From Octopus vulgaris (Eukaryota): DNA of 64,000 nt. The stretch spans positions 70,370,001-70,434,000 of the forward strand of contig OX597830.1 in assembly GCA_951406725.2 (NCBI GenBank), written 5' to 3'. A model generated the notes under the pieces. It was given only the letters and a program-made list of their open reading frames with translations, searched no databases and had not been told where the DNA came from. The translations under genes and the position numbers were made by a program. How positions within the stretch are numbered: the first letter of the stretch is position 1; each line of letters opens with the position of its first letter. Shown here piece by piece: positions 45,468 to 62,571 of this stretch.

Positions 45468-45628
45468 TTTCATTTTGTGTGTGTAAGTGTGTGTGTGTGT
45501 GGTGTTTTCCGCACATTCACACATGACTGAACGCATATGTCGGGCATTCGCATACTAAATCGATACTTTAACCATTTACCGATTCTCCATTTATTATTAA
45601 TTCATCTTTTTGGGTATTTATATATGTA

Positions 45629-45701
<73 letters not shown>

Positions 45702-45786
45702 ACATATATGTATGTATATATACATATGGATATATTTATATATGTATATATATGTATGTATATGTGTGTATCTATCTATCTATCTA

Positions 45787-45856
<70 letters not shown>

Positions 45857-45887
45857 TGTGTGTGTGACTGTGTGTAATTATAATCAT

Positions 45888-45971
45888 CATAATTATGATA
45901 TAGTGCTACATTTATTCGCACACATATAAATACACATACACACATATGTTATAATTGTCATTAAACGTGAA

Positions 45972-46017
<46 letters not shown>

Positions 46018-46153
46018 CGTCGAGTCATCTTGACTTCAGGCGCCCTTCTGAAATTTCCTCGTTGTTTTATTAAGATGTTTTGCGTTCATCCGAAATCCAA
46101 GATATTCTGAATTACAAAATTTGAAATCTTTTTCACGCTGATGCATAGAGAAC

Positions 46154-46189
<36 letters not shown>

Positions 46190-46447
46190 GCGCGCGCACG
46201 TATGTAACATTGCATTATATATTACATTAAATATCCCGTAGTTTTGCTGACCGTTGGGGCACCAGTGATGACCTTGCGATCAGATCCCTTATACACACAC
46301 ACACACACACACCAGTAGTCAAAGTGACTCGACGTCTATTTATATATATATATATATATATATGTTCACGTTTAATGACAATTATAACATATGTGTGTAT
46401 GTGTATTTATATGTGTGCGAATAAATGTAGCACTGTATTATATTATG
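45888..46447. repeat. Inverted duplication, ~130-150-bp arms, ~280-bp spacer
   Basis: agtgctacatttattcgcacac...aaatagacgtcgagtca (45902-46036) versus its reverse complement at 46317-46434. Confidence 0.9.
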
Positions 46448-46643
46448 TCGTGGTCCCAGGTTCGATCTCAATACGCTTTACATAGTGGGGTGCGTTCTAC
46501 TTTCGTATTCTACTCCTGTCTCAAGCTGATCCATAACTCTTGAATGGAATTTGGTCATATTTCACTCTGATCCAGTTATACGTATATATATATACAAATA
46601 TACATTCTTATATAAATATATCTGTATATGTATGTGATGATAA

Positions 46644-46724
<81 letters not shown>

Positions 46725-47852
46725 CACATATACCTATGAATATATATATGTTGTATATGTTGCACATGCATATATATACATATATAAATATGTATTTCTA
46801 TGTGTGTGTGTGTGTGTGTTTAATTTTATTTAACTGGGAAAATGTTGACAGTGCCTTCGAATTCATATTGTGTGGCATATTAAAGAACCATCAATTTACA
46901 TTCCACATTTTTTCACAGATATTGTTGTAGCACTAGCTAATTAAATTTCTTTTAATTTCTTGTTTAGTACTTTTATTGTTTTTTATCTGTGTTAATGTGT
47001 ATCATGTGATGCGTATGACTGACTATTACTTCTCTTTGAAATTACTGAAAGTAACAGGTGCATATGAACTAAAGATAGATAATAATGGTTTATATGTGAT
47101 GTAATCAATTACTAGAAGTAATACATACTGTTTTGTGTAAACTGAGTGTTAAAAAGCACTTGGTTTAACATGAATATCTACAATTACATCTCTGTCTATG
47201 CAGAACGCTATGTAAGGGGTTCTTTTAATTAAATACCACATGACTGAGCACGTATGCAAATTAGGGCGAACAAACTTAATTCTTATCCAAGTATGTGTGT
47301 TCCATGAATAGCATTAAGCTACTGTTCTCTTTGTAGTCGGTAAAAACGCGTTGCTGATTTCTGATGATGCGTTAGTAAAGATTGAAACCAGTTGACCCAA
47401 ACTCCTCCTTCTGCTTATAGGAGAGTAACGAAACAAAAAAAGAAAAAGAAATTCTTCTTGAATAAAAAAAAAATGATTAAAACATAGTATCTAGTTTTGA
47501 AAGCGAGGCTTACATATGTGTGTTTACTAAAAACACGCGTCGTAAGTTTACTTTACATCAATATATATATTGTAGTGTTTGTATGGATATCGAGGGGGTT
47601 TGAAGTCAGAATGTGGGGGCGATTCAATAGAAGTATTTATCCTTTTACCCACACATTTACACGTTTCTGAGTTTGTGCCAACGTAAGAAATCAATACAAA
47701 TATTACAATAGATCGATGTATGTATCTATGTAATGTATACATGCAAACATACATACATATATATATACATACATGCATACATGCATTCATACATATATAC
47801 ATACATACATACATATATACATACATATATATGTATATAAAAATATATATAA

Positions 47853-47896
<44 letters not shown>

Positions 47897-48215
47897 AATG
47901 GTTATGTATATCTATGTGAATGTGCGCTTGTGAGCTATATTTGTATTATGAAATAAAGGGTATATTCAGGTGTAAAAATACTTTATAGTATGTAGCAATA
48001 CAGGTGGATGATATCTTAAAGCATTGTTATATATGTGCGTGCGTACAAAGGCACACTAGTAAAATTATAATAAATTTCAATATACACACATGCACACAGA
48101 CACGCAAAAGCACTCACACACACACACACACACAAACACAAAACCACACACCAGTATGTTAGCATATTGTGATACACATAATCACGCAAGTATACATACA
48201 TAAACGCACGGACAC

Positions 48216-48250
<35 letters not shown>

Positions 48251-48366
48251 GTATATATATATATATATATTTGTGTACGTGACACAGACAATTGTTTATA
48301 TCTAAATGCACACATCAAAATACACACACATACAGTGACGTAAGAAGTGTGTGTGTGGATGGTTAC

Positions 48367-48512
<146 letters not shown>

Positions 48513-49061
48513 CATACATACGTATGTACGTACATATATACATGCATGCATACATACTTACATACATACATACATACTTACATACATACATACACACTTA
48601 CACACACAGGTGCGCGAATGGATAATCAAGTATATCTTTTTTATTCTGTCAAGTTACGGGTCTTCCATAAAGGCAGGTTTCCAATTATAACAGTTTTCAA
48701 AATGAATTTTTAAAATCTAAAATTATGCATTTTCATTCAATAACTTAGTTACACGTAAATAATTTGCTTACGTTACTCACAGTTCATTGGTATTAAATTA
48801 ATAAAATTAGAAATAATAAAATAAAATGTATTCAAAATAAATAGGGTGAGTGAACTGGCATAGAGAATGATGGCCTGGAAGAAAATTGAATTTCCAGTCA
48901 ATTCTTATATATTTAGTACTAATGTATTATGTTTCAATACAGTGTCAGTTGGCAAATAAAAGGATCGAGGTTAGACTCTTGGAGTCCGATGCCAGAGATG
49001 TCAGATTTGGATATTAGTTTTGAATTTGGACGGCGTTTGTGTGTGTGTGTGTGTGTGTAGG

Positions 49062-49126
<65 letters not shown>

Positions 49127-49448
49127 ACATACATACATACATACCTACCATACATATATATATATGTATATATATATATATACATACCTATAGATCGATA
49201 TATATATATATGTATGTATTTATGTATGTATGTATGAATATGCATATATTTGAACATGCATATTAATATATGTAGATATATGTCTATGCATATATATATA
49301 TATATATGAATATATTATACATATTATACATATACCTACCTAATTATATATTATGTTTCGCGTATATATATGTATATATATATAAATAAATAAATATATT
49401 ATACGTCATATACATATATCTACCTACCTAATTATATATTATGCTTCG

Positions 49449-49493
<45 letters not shown>

Positions 49494-49781
49494 TATATGT
49501 ATATATATATATACTTGCACAGAAATGAACATGGAAGTTCAGTTAGAACACCAAATACGGCGTTGTTAGCCTTGAGAAACATAAATTTTCCAGGATTCGA
49601 GAGAACCAGGTATTTAAATAGTGAGGTTAAGAAAGCTCAAGTAAGATAGGGGAGTATTTAAGCTCGATTAAATTGAATTTCTTGACTCGACTTCGCGCCT
49701 CTAAAATCTCTCTGAACCTCACCTGAAGATCTCCGTACATAGAAACCCGAGACCTGCTCAGCAGAGAACCCAGGCTAAATA

Positions 49782-49847
<66 letters not shown>

Positions 49848-50412
49848 TTGTGTGTGTATAAATAATATTATATTATATATCTTAGATTTAAAGCACATAC
49901 ATACATGCATACATATATATATGTATATATATGTTTATGATTACATGCGTATATGTGTTTGATTGGTATGTGTAAATTATAACTTCGAAGGATCCCCCAG
50001 TACTGATGCCTCAGCCTTAGAAGCCCTTACTGGCGTAACCTCGGGGCCACGGTCATGCTGTGTTCCTGTCTAATTAATTATATTTTCTCTTGGTCATGTT
50101 TTGAGTGAATATTACATGTTGCTTTCAAATATTCCTTTAAAACTAACTTGAAATGTGTATGCCTAATCATGCATATTTTTTTCTGTTGGACTGCGTGGGC
50201 GTGTGAGTGTACACGCATGTATGGATGGGCATACACTAACATGCATACACACGCACTCACACACACACACACACAGATATAGTTAAATGAATATGTATGC
50301 CAATACATATGTATCTTGTCCATATATATATATATATGTGTGTGTGTGTGTTTGTGTATATGCATATATATATGTATATATATATATATGTATATAAACA
50401 CAAAAACACATA

Positions 50413-50494
<82 letters not shown>

Positions 50495-50516
50495 TATATA
50501 TGTACGTATATACATA

Positions 50517-50558
<42 letters not shown>

Positions 50559-50648
50559 TACACACACGTGCACACACATATATATCATTTTGGCCAGGAC
50601 TTGCTACTCCGAGTTTCACTTGTTGAGTGCACAGGCGCTTCAAGCAAG

Positions 50649-50689
<41 letters not shown>

Positions 50690-51380
50690 AAATATGCATA
50701 TATATATTTATATATGTATGTATATGTGTGCTTGCGTGTATGTATGTATGTATATATTACACACAAACACACACACACAAGCACATATATCGATAGATAT
50801 ATAAAATATTTATATATATAAAAAAAATATACAAAGTTGTGTGTATTCGTATGGGAGTACAGATACATACATACATACATACATACATAACTTAAACTTT
50901 ACAGCTTCTTACGCATCCCTAGTTTATCTACTCAGCTGACCCTTTAATAGTCGACTTAACCTACCACGATTATATTTAACTTGGTGTAGATGGAGATAAT
51001 TCCCTTTCATACATTCACAAATAGCTGTTCTGGATTATTAATAAATGTGATATAGTAAAAAGCGAGTCGTAATGCTGATGACTTCTCGACACACACGTTC
51101 TGGCTTGTTTGCTTGTATTTATTATAACTGTATCTCTGTTATGGCTTAGTGTCTTCTTCTCTCTTTTTATCTCTCCCACAAGCATCCGTCTACGTCTTCA
51201 GGCGCGGCCATTCACTTTTCTTTGTCCTATTTTTTTTTTGCTTCTCCCCCCCTCTCTCTCTCTCACTCTCTCTCTGCCGCTCTCCTTTACTCCTTTCTCT
51301 CTTATTCCTTTCTCTCTCTCACACACACACTTTGTGTATGTATTTGTGTATGTTTCTAAACTAAGATACTTAAGTGTGCG

Positions 51381-51413
<33 letters not shown>

Positions 51414-51515
51414 TCAATATAGGGTGGCAAAAAAAAAAATTTTGTAGAATTCTTTTGCCACCAGCGGCCTAGTAGGAAAAAATTAAAATAGTCATAGACC
51501 ATTTTTAAGTTCAAC

Positions 51516-51730
51516 ATCAACAATAAAGGAACGGCCATAATAGGCCATTCACCCACTAGAAATAACAGCCAAAGCTTCAACCGCAAATAAAAGTTAATTC
51601 AGTAAACCAGGAGAAAATGTTTTTTAAATTTTCTCCTGGTTTACTGAATTAACTTTTATTTGCGGTTGAAGCTTTGGCTGTTATTTCTAGTGGGTGAATG
51701 GCCTATTATGGCCGTTCCTTTATTGTTGAT
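51516..51730. repeat. Perfect palindrome, 103-bp arms, 9-nt spacer
   Basis: 51516-51618 is the reverse complement of 51628-51730; right arm runs directly into (TA)n. Confidence 0.95.
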
Positions 51731-51808
51731 ATATATATATATATATACATACATACATACATATATATATTTATATATATATACATATATACACACACAT
51801 ATATATAA

Positions 51809-51843
<35 letters not shown>

Positions 51844-52439
51844 CATATGTCTGTATTTATATATTTATGTATCTACATGTGTATGTATATGTACTTATAT
51901 ATGTGCATATATATGTATATATATATATATGGAGATGTATATATATATATATATACACATATATATATATATATATATATATAAACAAGTCAAATTGCGA
52001 TATATATATATATATACACAAACCCACACATACACGTTTATGTATATATGTGTGTGTTTGTGTATGTGTGCATGTGAGTGTGCACATGTGTGTATGTACG
52101 TGTGTGTATATATGTGAATGTATGAATCTATGCATGCTTTTATGTATGAGGATTGTGGCTCAATCGATAAAAACGTTCGCTACGCTTCACGAGATTCCAA
52201 ATTCGAATCCTCTTCTATCCCGATTTAGGATCAAGTAAATTTTTAAGTGAATTTCACCCGACAAAAACTTTACAGTATCCCGTCGAATCAATTGTATCCA
52301 TAATTATAAGATCCATTCTTGTAATAGGGGTGCGCCACATTTTCTCCCTATTCCAAGGAAAAGGCTGTTCTTGGAATTCTTTAACTGAAAACTCATTCTT
52401 GTATACATAAAAATGATAATGTTGATGTTACTAATAATA

Positions 52440-52600
52440 TTGGTTTCAAGTTTTGGTCCGAGGTTGGCAGTTTCGGCAAAGGGGTTAAATCTATTACATC
52501 GACTCCAGTGCTCAACTGGTACTTATTCTATCGATCCCGATGGGACGAAAGGCAAAGTCGACGTATGCGGTTTTGGACTCAGAATGTAAAGATAGACGAC
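52440..52600 (-). mobile_element. Older family A SINE fragment
   Basis: tcgatcccgatgggacgaaaggcaaagtcgac...actcagaatgtaaa matches the family A reverse complement. Confidence 0.7.
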
Positions 52601-52786
52601 GAAAAAAATATAATATTAGTAATATAAATATAAATATATATACAGGTGTGTGTGTATGTGTGTTGTGTGTTTGTTCCTGCCGGCTTAGGTATACACGATG
52701 AAGAATAAATAACAAAGCAACCAGGTTAAGGTGAGTAGGCCAAAGAAATGGTGGAAACAAGGAGTAATGTTATGTTCGAACAACGG

Positions 52787-52937
<151 letters not shown>

Positions 52938-52939
52938 CA

Positions 52940-53019
<80 letters not shown>

Positions 53020-53028
53020 GTATATCTA

Positions 53029-53078
<50 letters not shown>

Positions 53079-53494
53079 GTATGTGTTTGAGTATATACAT
53101 ACAGATGTACATACATAAATACATACATACATACAAATATACATATGTTAAATGCTGTAAACCACCAGGCTGGCGTTGGTTGCAAAGACTATATCTGCAA
53201 CAAAGCATTCCGGCCACGAACATCCCGTCAATAATTTTCTCTCATTCCATAGCATGCCTAAGTATATATTTTTTTTTTTGTCGAGCCAACAGATCTCATG
53301 TTTTCCTTATATTTATTTATTTATTTATATTTTTTTTTCGTTAGTAATCTTTGGTTGCTATACCTACCAAGCCGTGCTACCAAAAAAAAAAAAAAAGCCC
53401 CCCTCCCGCCCCCCACATCCCCACTACAAACTATATTGACACAGGATAGCACAAGTATTAGTAATACCACAACAGCTCTTCTTGACATTGTTCC

Positions 53495-53525
<31 letters not shown>

Positions 53526-53802
53526 GGTATTGTTTCGGCTCTATTGGATTATTGGTTATCTATATGCTTTCAATGTTTTTGCACCAATATTTGTTTATCC
53601 TATCATGTTACCCCCCCCCCTGTTGCTGATGTTGCTGATGTTGCTGATGTTGCTGTTGCTGTTTTTGATAATATCTTATTCCAAACTATACGCGAAAGTC
53701 AATGATGTCTGCTGCTGCTGCTGCTGCTGCTCGCAATGGTTATACATGCCGTACAGAACTAACCAATATTCAATATACATACATACATATACATACATAT
53801 AT

Positions 53803-53895
<93 letters not shown>

Positions 53896-54148
53896 TTTAT
53901 ATATAAGTATTTATATATAAGTATTTATATATAAGTATTTATACATAAGTATTTATATATACATATGCCTTTATATACATATGCCTTTGTATACATATAT
54001 ATAAATATGCATAATCATAAATATATATATATACCTACTCATACAAATAACTTCTATCTTTATATATGTATATATATACACATACATGCATAGATACATA
54101 CATACATGCATAGATACATACATACATACATATATATATGTTTGTATA

Positions 54149-54190
<42 letters not shown>

Positions 54191-54576
54191 TATATATATA
54201 TATATATATCAATCAACATTGAAGATGAAACTGGAAAACAGGTTTTTTTTCACTTCCCAATATTTAGCGACAGATGTATCTTTGTAAATCTATGTATGCA
54301 TATAAATATGTGCATCCATATACACCCATTCATTCATACATTCATACATACATATGTACATAAATACACACATGCATACATTCGTATACACACACACATA
54401 CACACATACACCCACACACATAAAGACAAAACTTTACTATTGAGTATATGTATGAGGTATGCCCAAATATGCATGTAAGTCTATATGTAATATGTTGTAT
54501 ACATGTACATCTATGTGTATATTCTGCATATATCTATGTATACACATATATATATGTATGTATATATACATTTATA

Positions 54577-54610
<34 letters not shown>

Positions 54611-54684
54611 CATATTTACATACATAATACATAAATATATACATATATGTATATATATATATATATATATATACATATATGTAT

Positions 54685-54745
<61 letters not shown>

Positions 54746-54807
54746 CATATATATATATGTATGTATATATATATATGTATATAAGTATATATATATATGT
54801 ATGTATA

Positions 54808-54860
<53 letters not shown>

Positions 54861-55116
54861 TAATCGTATAATAAGCATATGTACCTAAATATTTTATATG
54901 GCTATTCCTTATCCCTTAATATTAAACTGTGCGTACACGTGTGTACGATATGTGTGTTTGCTAATGTCAATATATAATTATATAAATATTATATAATACG
55001 CATATAAATATATAAGTATTATATAATGAGTATTATAAAATATATTTATATATATTTATAAGAATGTAGTGAACATACTTTACATTTCAACACACACACA
55101 TATATATTATACAACA

Positions 55117-55272
<156 letters not shown>

Positions 55273-55834
55273 GCATTATGGCCAAATATACATATATATA
55301 TATATGTGTGTGTGTGTGTAGGTATGTATCTATATGTATGTAAATGAGTCAAAATATTTTTATAGAAGTACACACAAAGCCGCATAAAGCACAATAAGAA
55401 TTCGTGTCTACGATTTAAATCTATATGTATATATATATATATATATACACGTTCAGATAATGGAGTAGTATGTTTAACAGCCATACCATATTGTGTAAGT
55501 ATTCATATATATGCCAACACATTACAAATACATGTATAAGCTTACTGAGTATGTATGTGTTGATATATTCCATTCTATTATTGCCTGTATTCATTTATAC
55601 GAACATGCATATATATATATATATTCCATCGGTGTCTTTTTGCCGAACCGCTAAGTTGCGGGGACGTAAACACACCAGCATCCGTTGTCAAGCAAATATA
55701 TACATATACGACGTACATATTTCATTTTCCGCCTACCGAATCTACTGAAGGTGCCACGCAGTGGGACTGAGCCCGGAACCATGGGGTTCGTAAGCAAGCT
55801 ACTGGTCGTGCGCCTATCTGTACGTATATGTATA

Positions 55835-55876
<42 letters not shown>

Positions 55877-56140
55877 TATACATATATATATATATATACA
55901 TATATATTTACACATATATACATATATATATGCATGTATGTATGTATGTATGTATGTATATATGTATAAATATATATATATATATATATTTTATATACAC
56001 ATACACATTTATATGTATATATATATATATATATAAACGAATATAGCTACGTATATGCGTGTTATATTTATTTTTTCTGAACACACGCATACACACATCG
56101 AATTTTATATACGTAGGTATACAAATGCATGCTTATTTAC

Positions 56141-56173
<33 letters not shown>

Positions 56174-56343
56174 CATATATATATATGTACGTATGTATAT
56201 ATGCACATGTACATGCATACATACACTAACATATATATTTGTATATTTATATATGTATACATACGAATATGTTCATATAATATCAATATAACTCTGTGTG
56301 TGAGTGTTTATGTGTGTGTTTGTGTGTGTGTGTTTATGTGTGT

Positions 56344-56405
<62 letters not shown>

Positions 56406-56728
56406 ACTTGTTTACACAAGCGTATAGATGTGTTTCATCTTCGGTCTGTGTAAGTACGCACTCATCTCTGTATCAATACATGTTTCGTATGTTTATCCCG
56501 AAAAAAACAAGAAAAAATTTCATTCCCCGGTGTTCTGTGATTAAGAGCAATATACATGTTTGGTAAATATGTACTGATCAAATATATGCAGGGATCATTG
56601 CATTCGATAGAAATAGGGCAGGCGCTACCACAGTTTAATATCTAGAGCCGCTTCATATATATTCATATATGTATAATATATCTATCTATCTTGCTAGCTA
56701 GATATCCATATGTCTGTGTGTGTGTGTG

Positions 56729-56817
<89 letters not shown>

Positions 56818-56861
56818 TTATCTATCCATCTAGATATCTATATAATATATATACGTGTGTG

Positions 56862-56926
<65 letters not shown>

Positions 56927-57073
56927 GCATGTATGTATATGTATATGCTTATGCACATATATATAAATTTTTTTTATATAGGTATGTGTATATCAATCCA
57001 TCTATTTTATTTATCTATCTGTCTATATATATATATATATGTATCTATGTATGTATGTATATGTGTAGATATA

Positions 57074-57127
<54 letters not shown>

Positions 57128-57355
57128 AACATACACACATAGATACATATATATATATATATATACATTGTTATTTACTTTGTTATTTCACAAGGGCCAT
57201 TTTGTGCATAAGCTAAGTGTGTTGCTTTTATCATCTGTCTTTTAGGATCCTAAGTTATGGACGGGACAAATAAAATAAGAATAACGTTATAAGGAGATTC
57301 ATATAAATGTAAAGACGGATAGGATTTCATATACATAGATGTACACATAAATATG

Positions 57356-57408
<53 letters not shown>

Positions 57409-57425
57409 GTATATCTATATATCTA

Positions 57426-57485
<60 letters not shown>

Positions 57486-57501
57486 CATATAGATTACATG
57501 C

Positions 57502-57565
<64 letters not shown>

Positions 57566-57586
57566 GTATATGTGTGTGTATAAATC

Positions 57587-57688
<102 letters not shown>

Positions 57689-58029
57689 GGGACACGCGTT
57701 TATGCATGAGTAAATTTATGCGTGTATGTGTTTGAATATACTTACAGACACACACAAATGGAATCGCATATATACAACTATATATATATATATATATAAT
57801 ATAACTTTGTTCTCTGTCCATATACGTTTCTATATATGTTTTCCTCGTGTTCATAATGTGAAATCTAAATAATAATCACTATGTTTCCATGCATATTGAG
57901 TTTATAATTTAAAAGTAAGTTATAGTCAATATAAAGAAACAGTTGTATATAAATATAGTGGTCTCTTATGTTGTGAAACTTTGCGACAGCTGACGAGAAA
58001 CATGTCGGCAAAATGTGCATGTTCATATA

Positions 58030-58073
<44 letters not shown>

Positions 58074-58153
58074 GCACACACTCACATACACCGATGGGCA
58101 ATGTCTTAATATGAATAAGTCCGTGTTTGTGTGTGTGTGTGGGGGGGTTCGTG

Positions 58154-58480
<327 letters not shown>

Positions 58481-58671
58481 TATATTATATATTTAAAAGC
58501 GAATTTTAATTAATTTCCTCATCGTTACTGACGCGAAGAACCAGTCATGCGTACAAAGTTGATTTACTTTGCACTATTTCATACGCATACATATATACAT
58601 ATATACGTATATATGGGTGTGTGAATGTGTGTTTATATATGCAATGTTTTATATATATATATATATACATA

Positions 58672-58722
<51 letters not shown>

Positions 58723-58867
58723 GTGTGTATGTGTGTGTGTGTGTATAATTGTTATGAAAATGTGTACGGGTATGCCTTTATAATGACAATGTGGTACATG
58801 TCCGTCGAATATGCACTTCCCAATAAATCATCACTACACCTAACTATATATGTATTATGTATATATA

Positions 58868-58935
<68 letters not shown>

Positions 58936-59135
58936 CGCATGTGTATGTATGTTTGTGTATGTATGCATGTATGTATGTATGTATGCATGCATGTATGTAT
59001 GTATGTGTCTATATATGTAACATACATGTTATATATACATGCAGAAATTGTGTGTATATTTATGAATGTATATCCACTGTGCCTATATTCATGTATCTAT
59101 ATCGATATATCTATCTATCTATCTATCTATCCATA

Positions 59136-59289
59136 CATATATATTGATATGTTCACACTCGTGTGAACACCCACACGCATATATATGTATACATATATAT
59201 ATACATGCATACATACATATATATATGTATATATGCATACATATATGTGCGTGGGTGTTCATACGAGTGTGAACATATTAATATATATG
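59136..59289. repeat. Imperfect inverted duplication with nested hairpin
   Basis: catatatattgatatgttcacactcgtgtgaacacccac versus gtgggtgttcatacgagtgtgaacatattaatatatatg. Confidence 0.8.
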
Positions 59290-59383
59290 CATATATATGC
59301 ATATATACATGTATGTATATAAGCATGCATATGTGTGGGTATCCATACGAGTGTATACATGTGTATATACACATATATATGCA

Positions 59384-59743
59384 CGTGGCATCTTGGGCAA
59401 GTGTCTTCTACTATAGCCCCGGGCCGACCAATGCCTTGTGAGTGAATTTGGTAGACGGAAACTGAAAGAAGCCCGTCGTATATATGTATATATATATATA
59501 TATATATATGCGTGTGTGTGTATGTGTTTGTGTGTCTGTGTTTGTCCCCTTAGCATTGCTTGACAACCGATGCTGGTGTGTTTACGTCCCGGTCACTTAG
59601 CGGTTCGGCAAAAAGAGACCGATAGAATAAGTACTGGGCTTACAAAGAATAAGTCCCGGGGTCGATTTGCTCGACTAAAGGCGGTGCTCCAGCGTGGCCG
59701 CAGTCAAACGACTGAAACAAGTAAATGAGAGAGAGTAAAGAGT
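59384..59743 (+). mobile_element. SINE family B, 5'-truncated
   Basis: High similarity to 7590-7967, including the internal microsatellite. Confidence 0.85.
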
Positions 59744-59832
59744 ATATATATATATATATATATATATTCATACTTATATATATATTTATATATATATATA
59801 TATACATACATACATACATACACACACACACG

Positions 59833-59863
<31 letters not shown>

Positions 59864-60693
59864 GTATAATATATATATACATACATATGTGAGTGTGCAT
59901 GTGTGTGTGTGTGTGTTTGAGAATGTATATGTATATTAATATTTGAATCTATAATCAGTTATTATTAAAACAATAATTATTTCACTTTAATGTGATGGAT
60001 TAATCTATACTTTTGTACAGTACAAAACTATTATTCTTATACAAGAATAGTTCTCACTGAAACTAGGAAAATTCGGCCGGAGGCTGATTTCGCTGGCAGA
60101 ATCTTCAAAGTCACTGTCAGCAACATTCCTGTATAAATATAATAAGCACAAAATATGCATTCACACAGATACAATCATTCATATAATAAGCAACTCCGGT
60201 ACCCCTTTCTCTAATTATTAGCATATGTTCCTATGTAATCCATCCGTCTGTTCCGACACATACTTCGATCTTTAATTAATGCATGTTATTAACGAGTATT
60301 TCCTCCTCACCCCTGCCTATCGCATGCTAGATTGACAACTGGCAGCTTGATTAAAAAATATAATTAATAAATATAATGATGCTCAATTAGTCGATCATTT
60401 TGGTGATATGGATGACGAATGCTTATGAAGAAAGATATCTATGTGGTGATGGTGGGATAGCGGAAGAGTTTTGTCTACGGTCCATCTTTAAATCGTTGAA
60501 CGAGCATGAGTGCGTGAGTTCATGTGTGTGCATGTTCGTATAATTATATATACATAATTATATACACAGCCGAAATTGCGAAGATGATCCGGTTCTTGAC
60601 TGAAGATTGAAGGCTTCGAATGTCCCGTCCGTGTTTTTTGTATCGTCTTCTAAATGTTTCACGTTCTTGTCCCAGTTTGTATTTTTTTACATT

Positions 60694-60731
<38 letters not shown>

Positions 60732-60948
60732 AATATATGTTTATGTACGAATGTATCCCCATGTATATCTATGTATGCATGCATGTTTGCATTTATATAT
60801 ATATGCATACATACTTATGCGTATGTTATGTTTGTGTATATGTGTGTGTGTGTGTATATATATATAAATATATGCATATGTATATATTTATAGAGAGATA
60901 GATTGATTGGTATATATGTATATATATATATATGCATATACGTACAGC

Positions 60949-61011
<63 letters not shown>

Positions 61012-61033
61012 TTATATATATAAGCATTTATAT

Positions 61034-61085
<52 letters not shown>

Positions 61086-61137
61086 TTATACATATGTGTA
61101 CATCCATTGCAGCACATATATACACACGGATGTAAAT

Positions 61138-61211
<74 letters not shown>

Positions 61212-61273
61212 AATGTATTGGCTTAAGTTTTTCATTGTATGAGTTGCCTAATAGTGGTTTTATCTCTAATTTA

Positions 61274-61408
<135 letters not shown>

Positions 61409-61908
61409 GTGCATGTATGTATGTATGTATGTATATATATATATATTTGCCTGTTAGACAGTGTGTGCGTGTGAACGTTCTGTTACGCTCCAGTTCGTAT
61501 GCTTCTTTGCATAGAACACACATAATAATAACAAGTATGTCACACAATTGAAAAATTGAAAAACTACACCCACCACCACTCCGAACAAAACCCAAACAAC
61601 TTATATATATATATATATATATATATATGATTATATATATATACATGATTACCAAATGACTGCTGCACCGATGGATACCATCACTGCGTTAATGAATCTA
61701 GGGATACGTTTATGCGCCGGGTGTTTTTGAAATGCATATAGACGCATATGCATTGATGATGTGTGTATGTTTGCTTCACTATACGTATACATACCACCTT
61801 ACATATATGGTTTTCGTACAGAGAGACATGTGCACTTGCACGAACACAGACATGCACATATATGTATCCATATATGTATAGAAGCATACATATATATATA
61901 TTTGTGTG

Positions 61909-61962
<54 letters not shown>

Positions 61963-62217
61963 TATATATTGTACTCACACACATGAAATATTTTATACAT
62001 ATGTATGATGTGTCTTGTCCATGTAAGTATGTATGTATGTATCTATCTATCCATCTGTTTATCTATATGTATATATATTCATTTCTATAGAAACATATCT
62101 ATTTATATAAATGCAAGTACACTCACGCATGTCTATAGTCATTCAAGCATACTCGTACACACACACACACACGTCTGTTTTCTTTCATATTTATATACAT
62201 ACATAAGCACACTCGCA

Positions 62218-62311
<94 letters not shown>

Positions 62312-62571
62312 GCACACAAATATAGACAACACCAAACATCAACACACACAGACACACACACAGACATGTATAGTAAGTAATAATAGTCTTATCCTTGGAA
62401 CTCTTTCGTTGAAGGAAAGAAAGAATAAAAAAAATAAGGGAGGGAAGGCAGGACGAAAGAAATAAGAGCGAACCACAACAACAAACAAATTCCAAATGAT
62501 ATAATAATGGAAAATAAAGGAAGAATTTTACACGTAATTTACGAAATATATTTAGAAGATTCTTAACTTAC

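Noticed and set aside
47361-47397. CTGATGA...GAAACCAGTT hammerhead-like string
   Set aside because: No credible helix I or II.
57990-58006. CTGACGA-GAAA-CATG-TC
   Set aside because: Looks like a minimal HHR core, but helix II is missing entirely and helix I is out of register; at most a relic.
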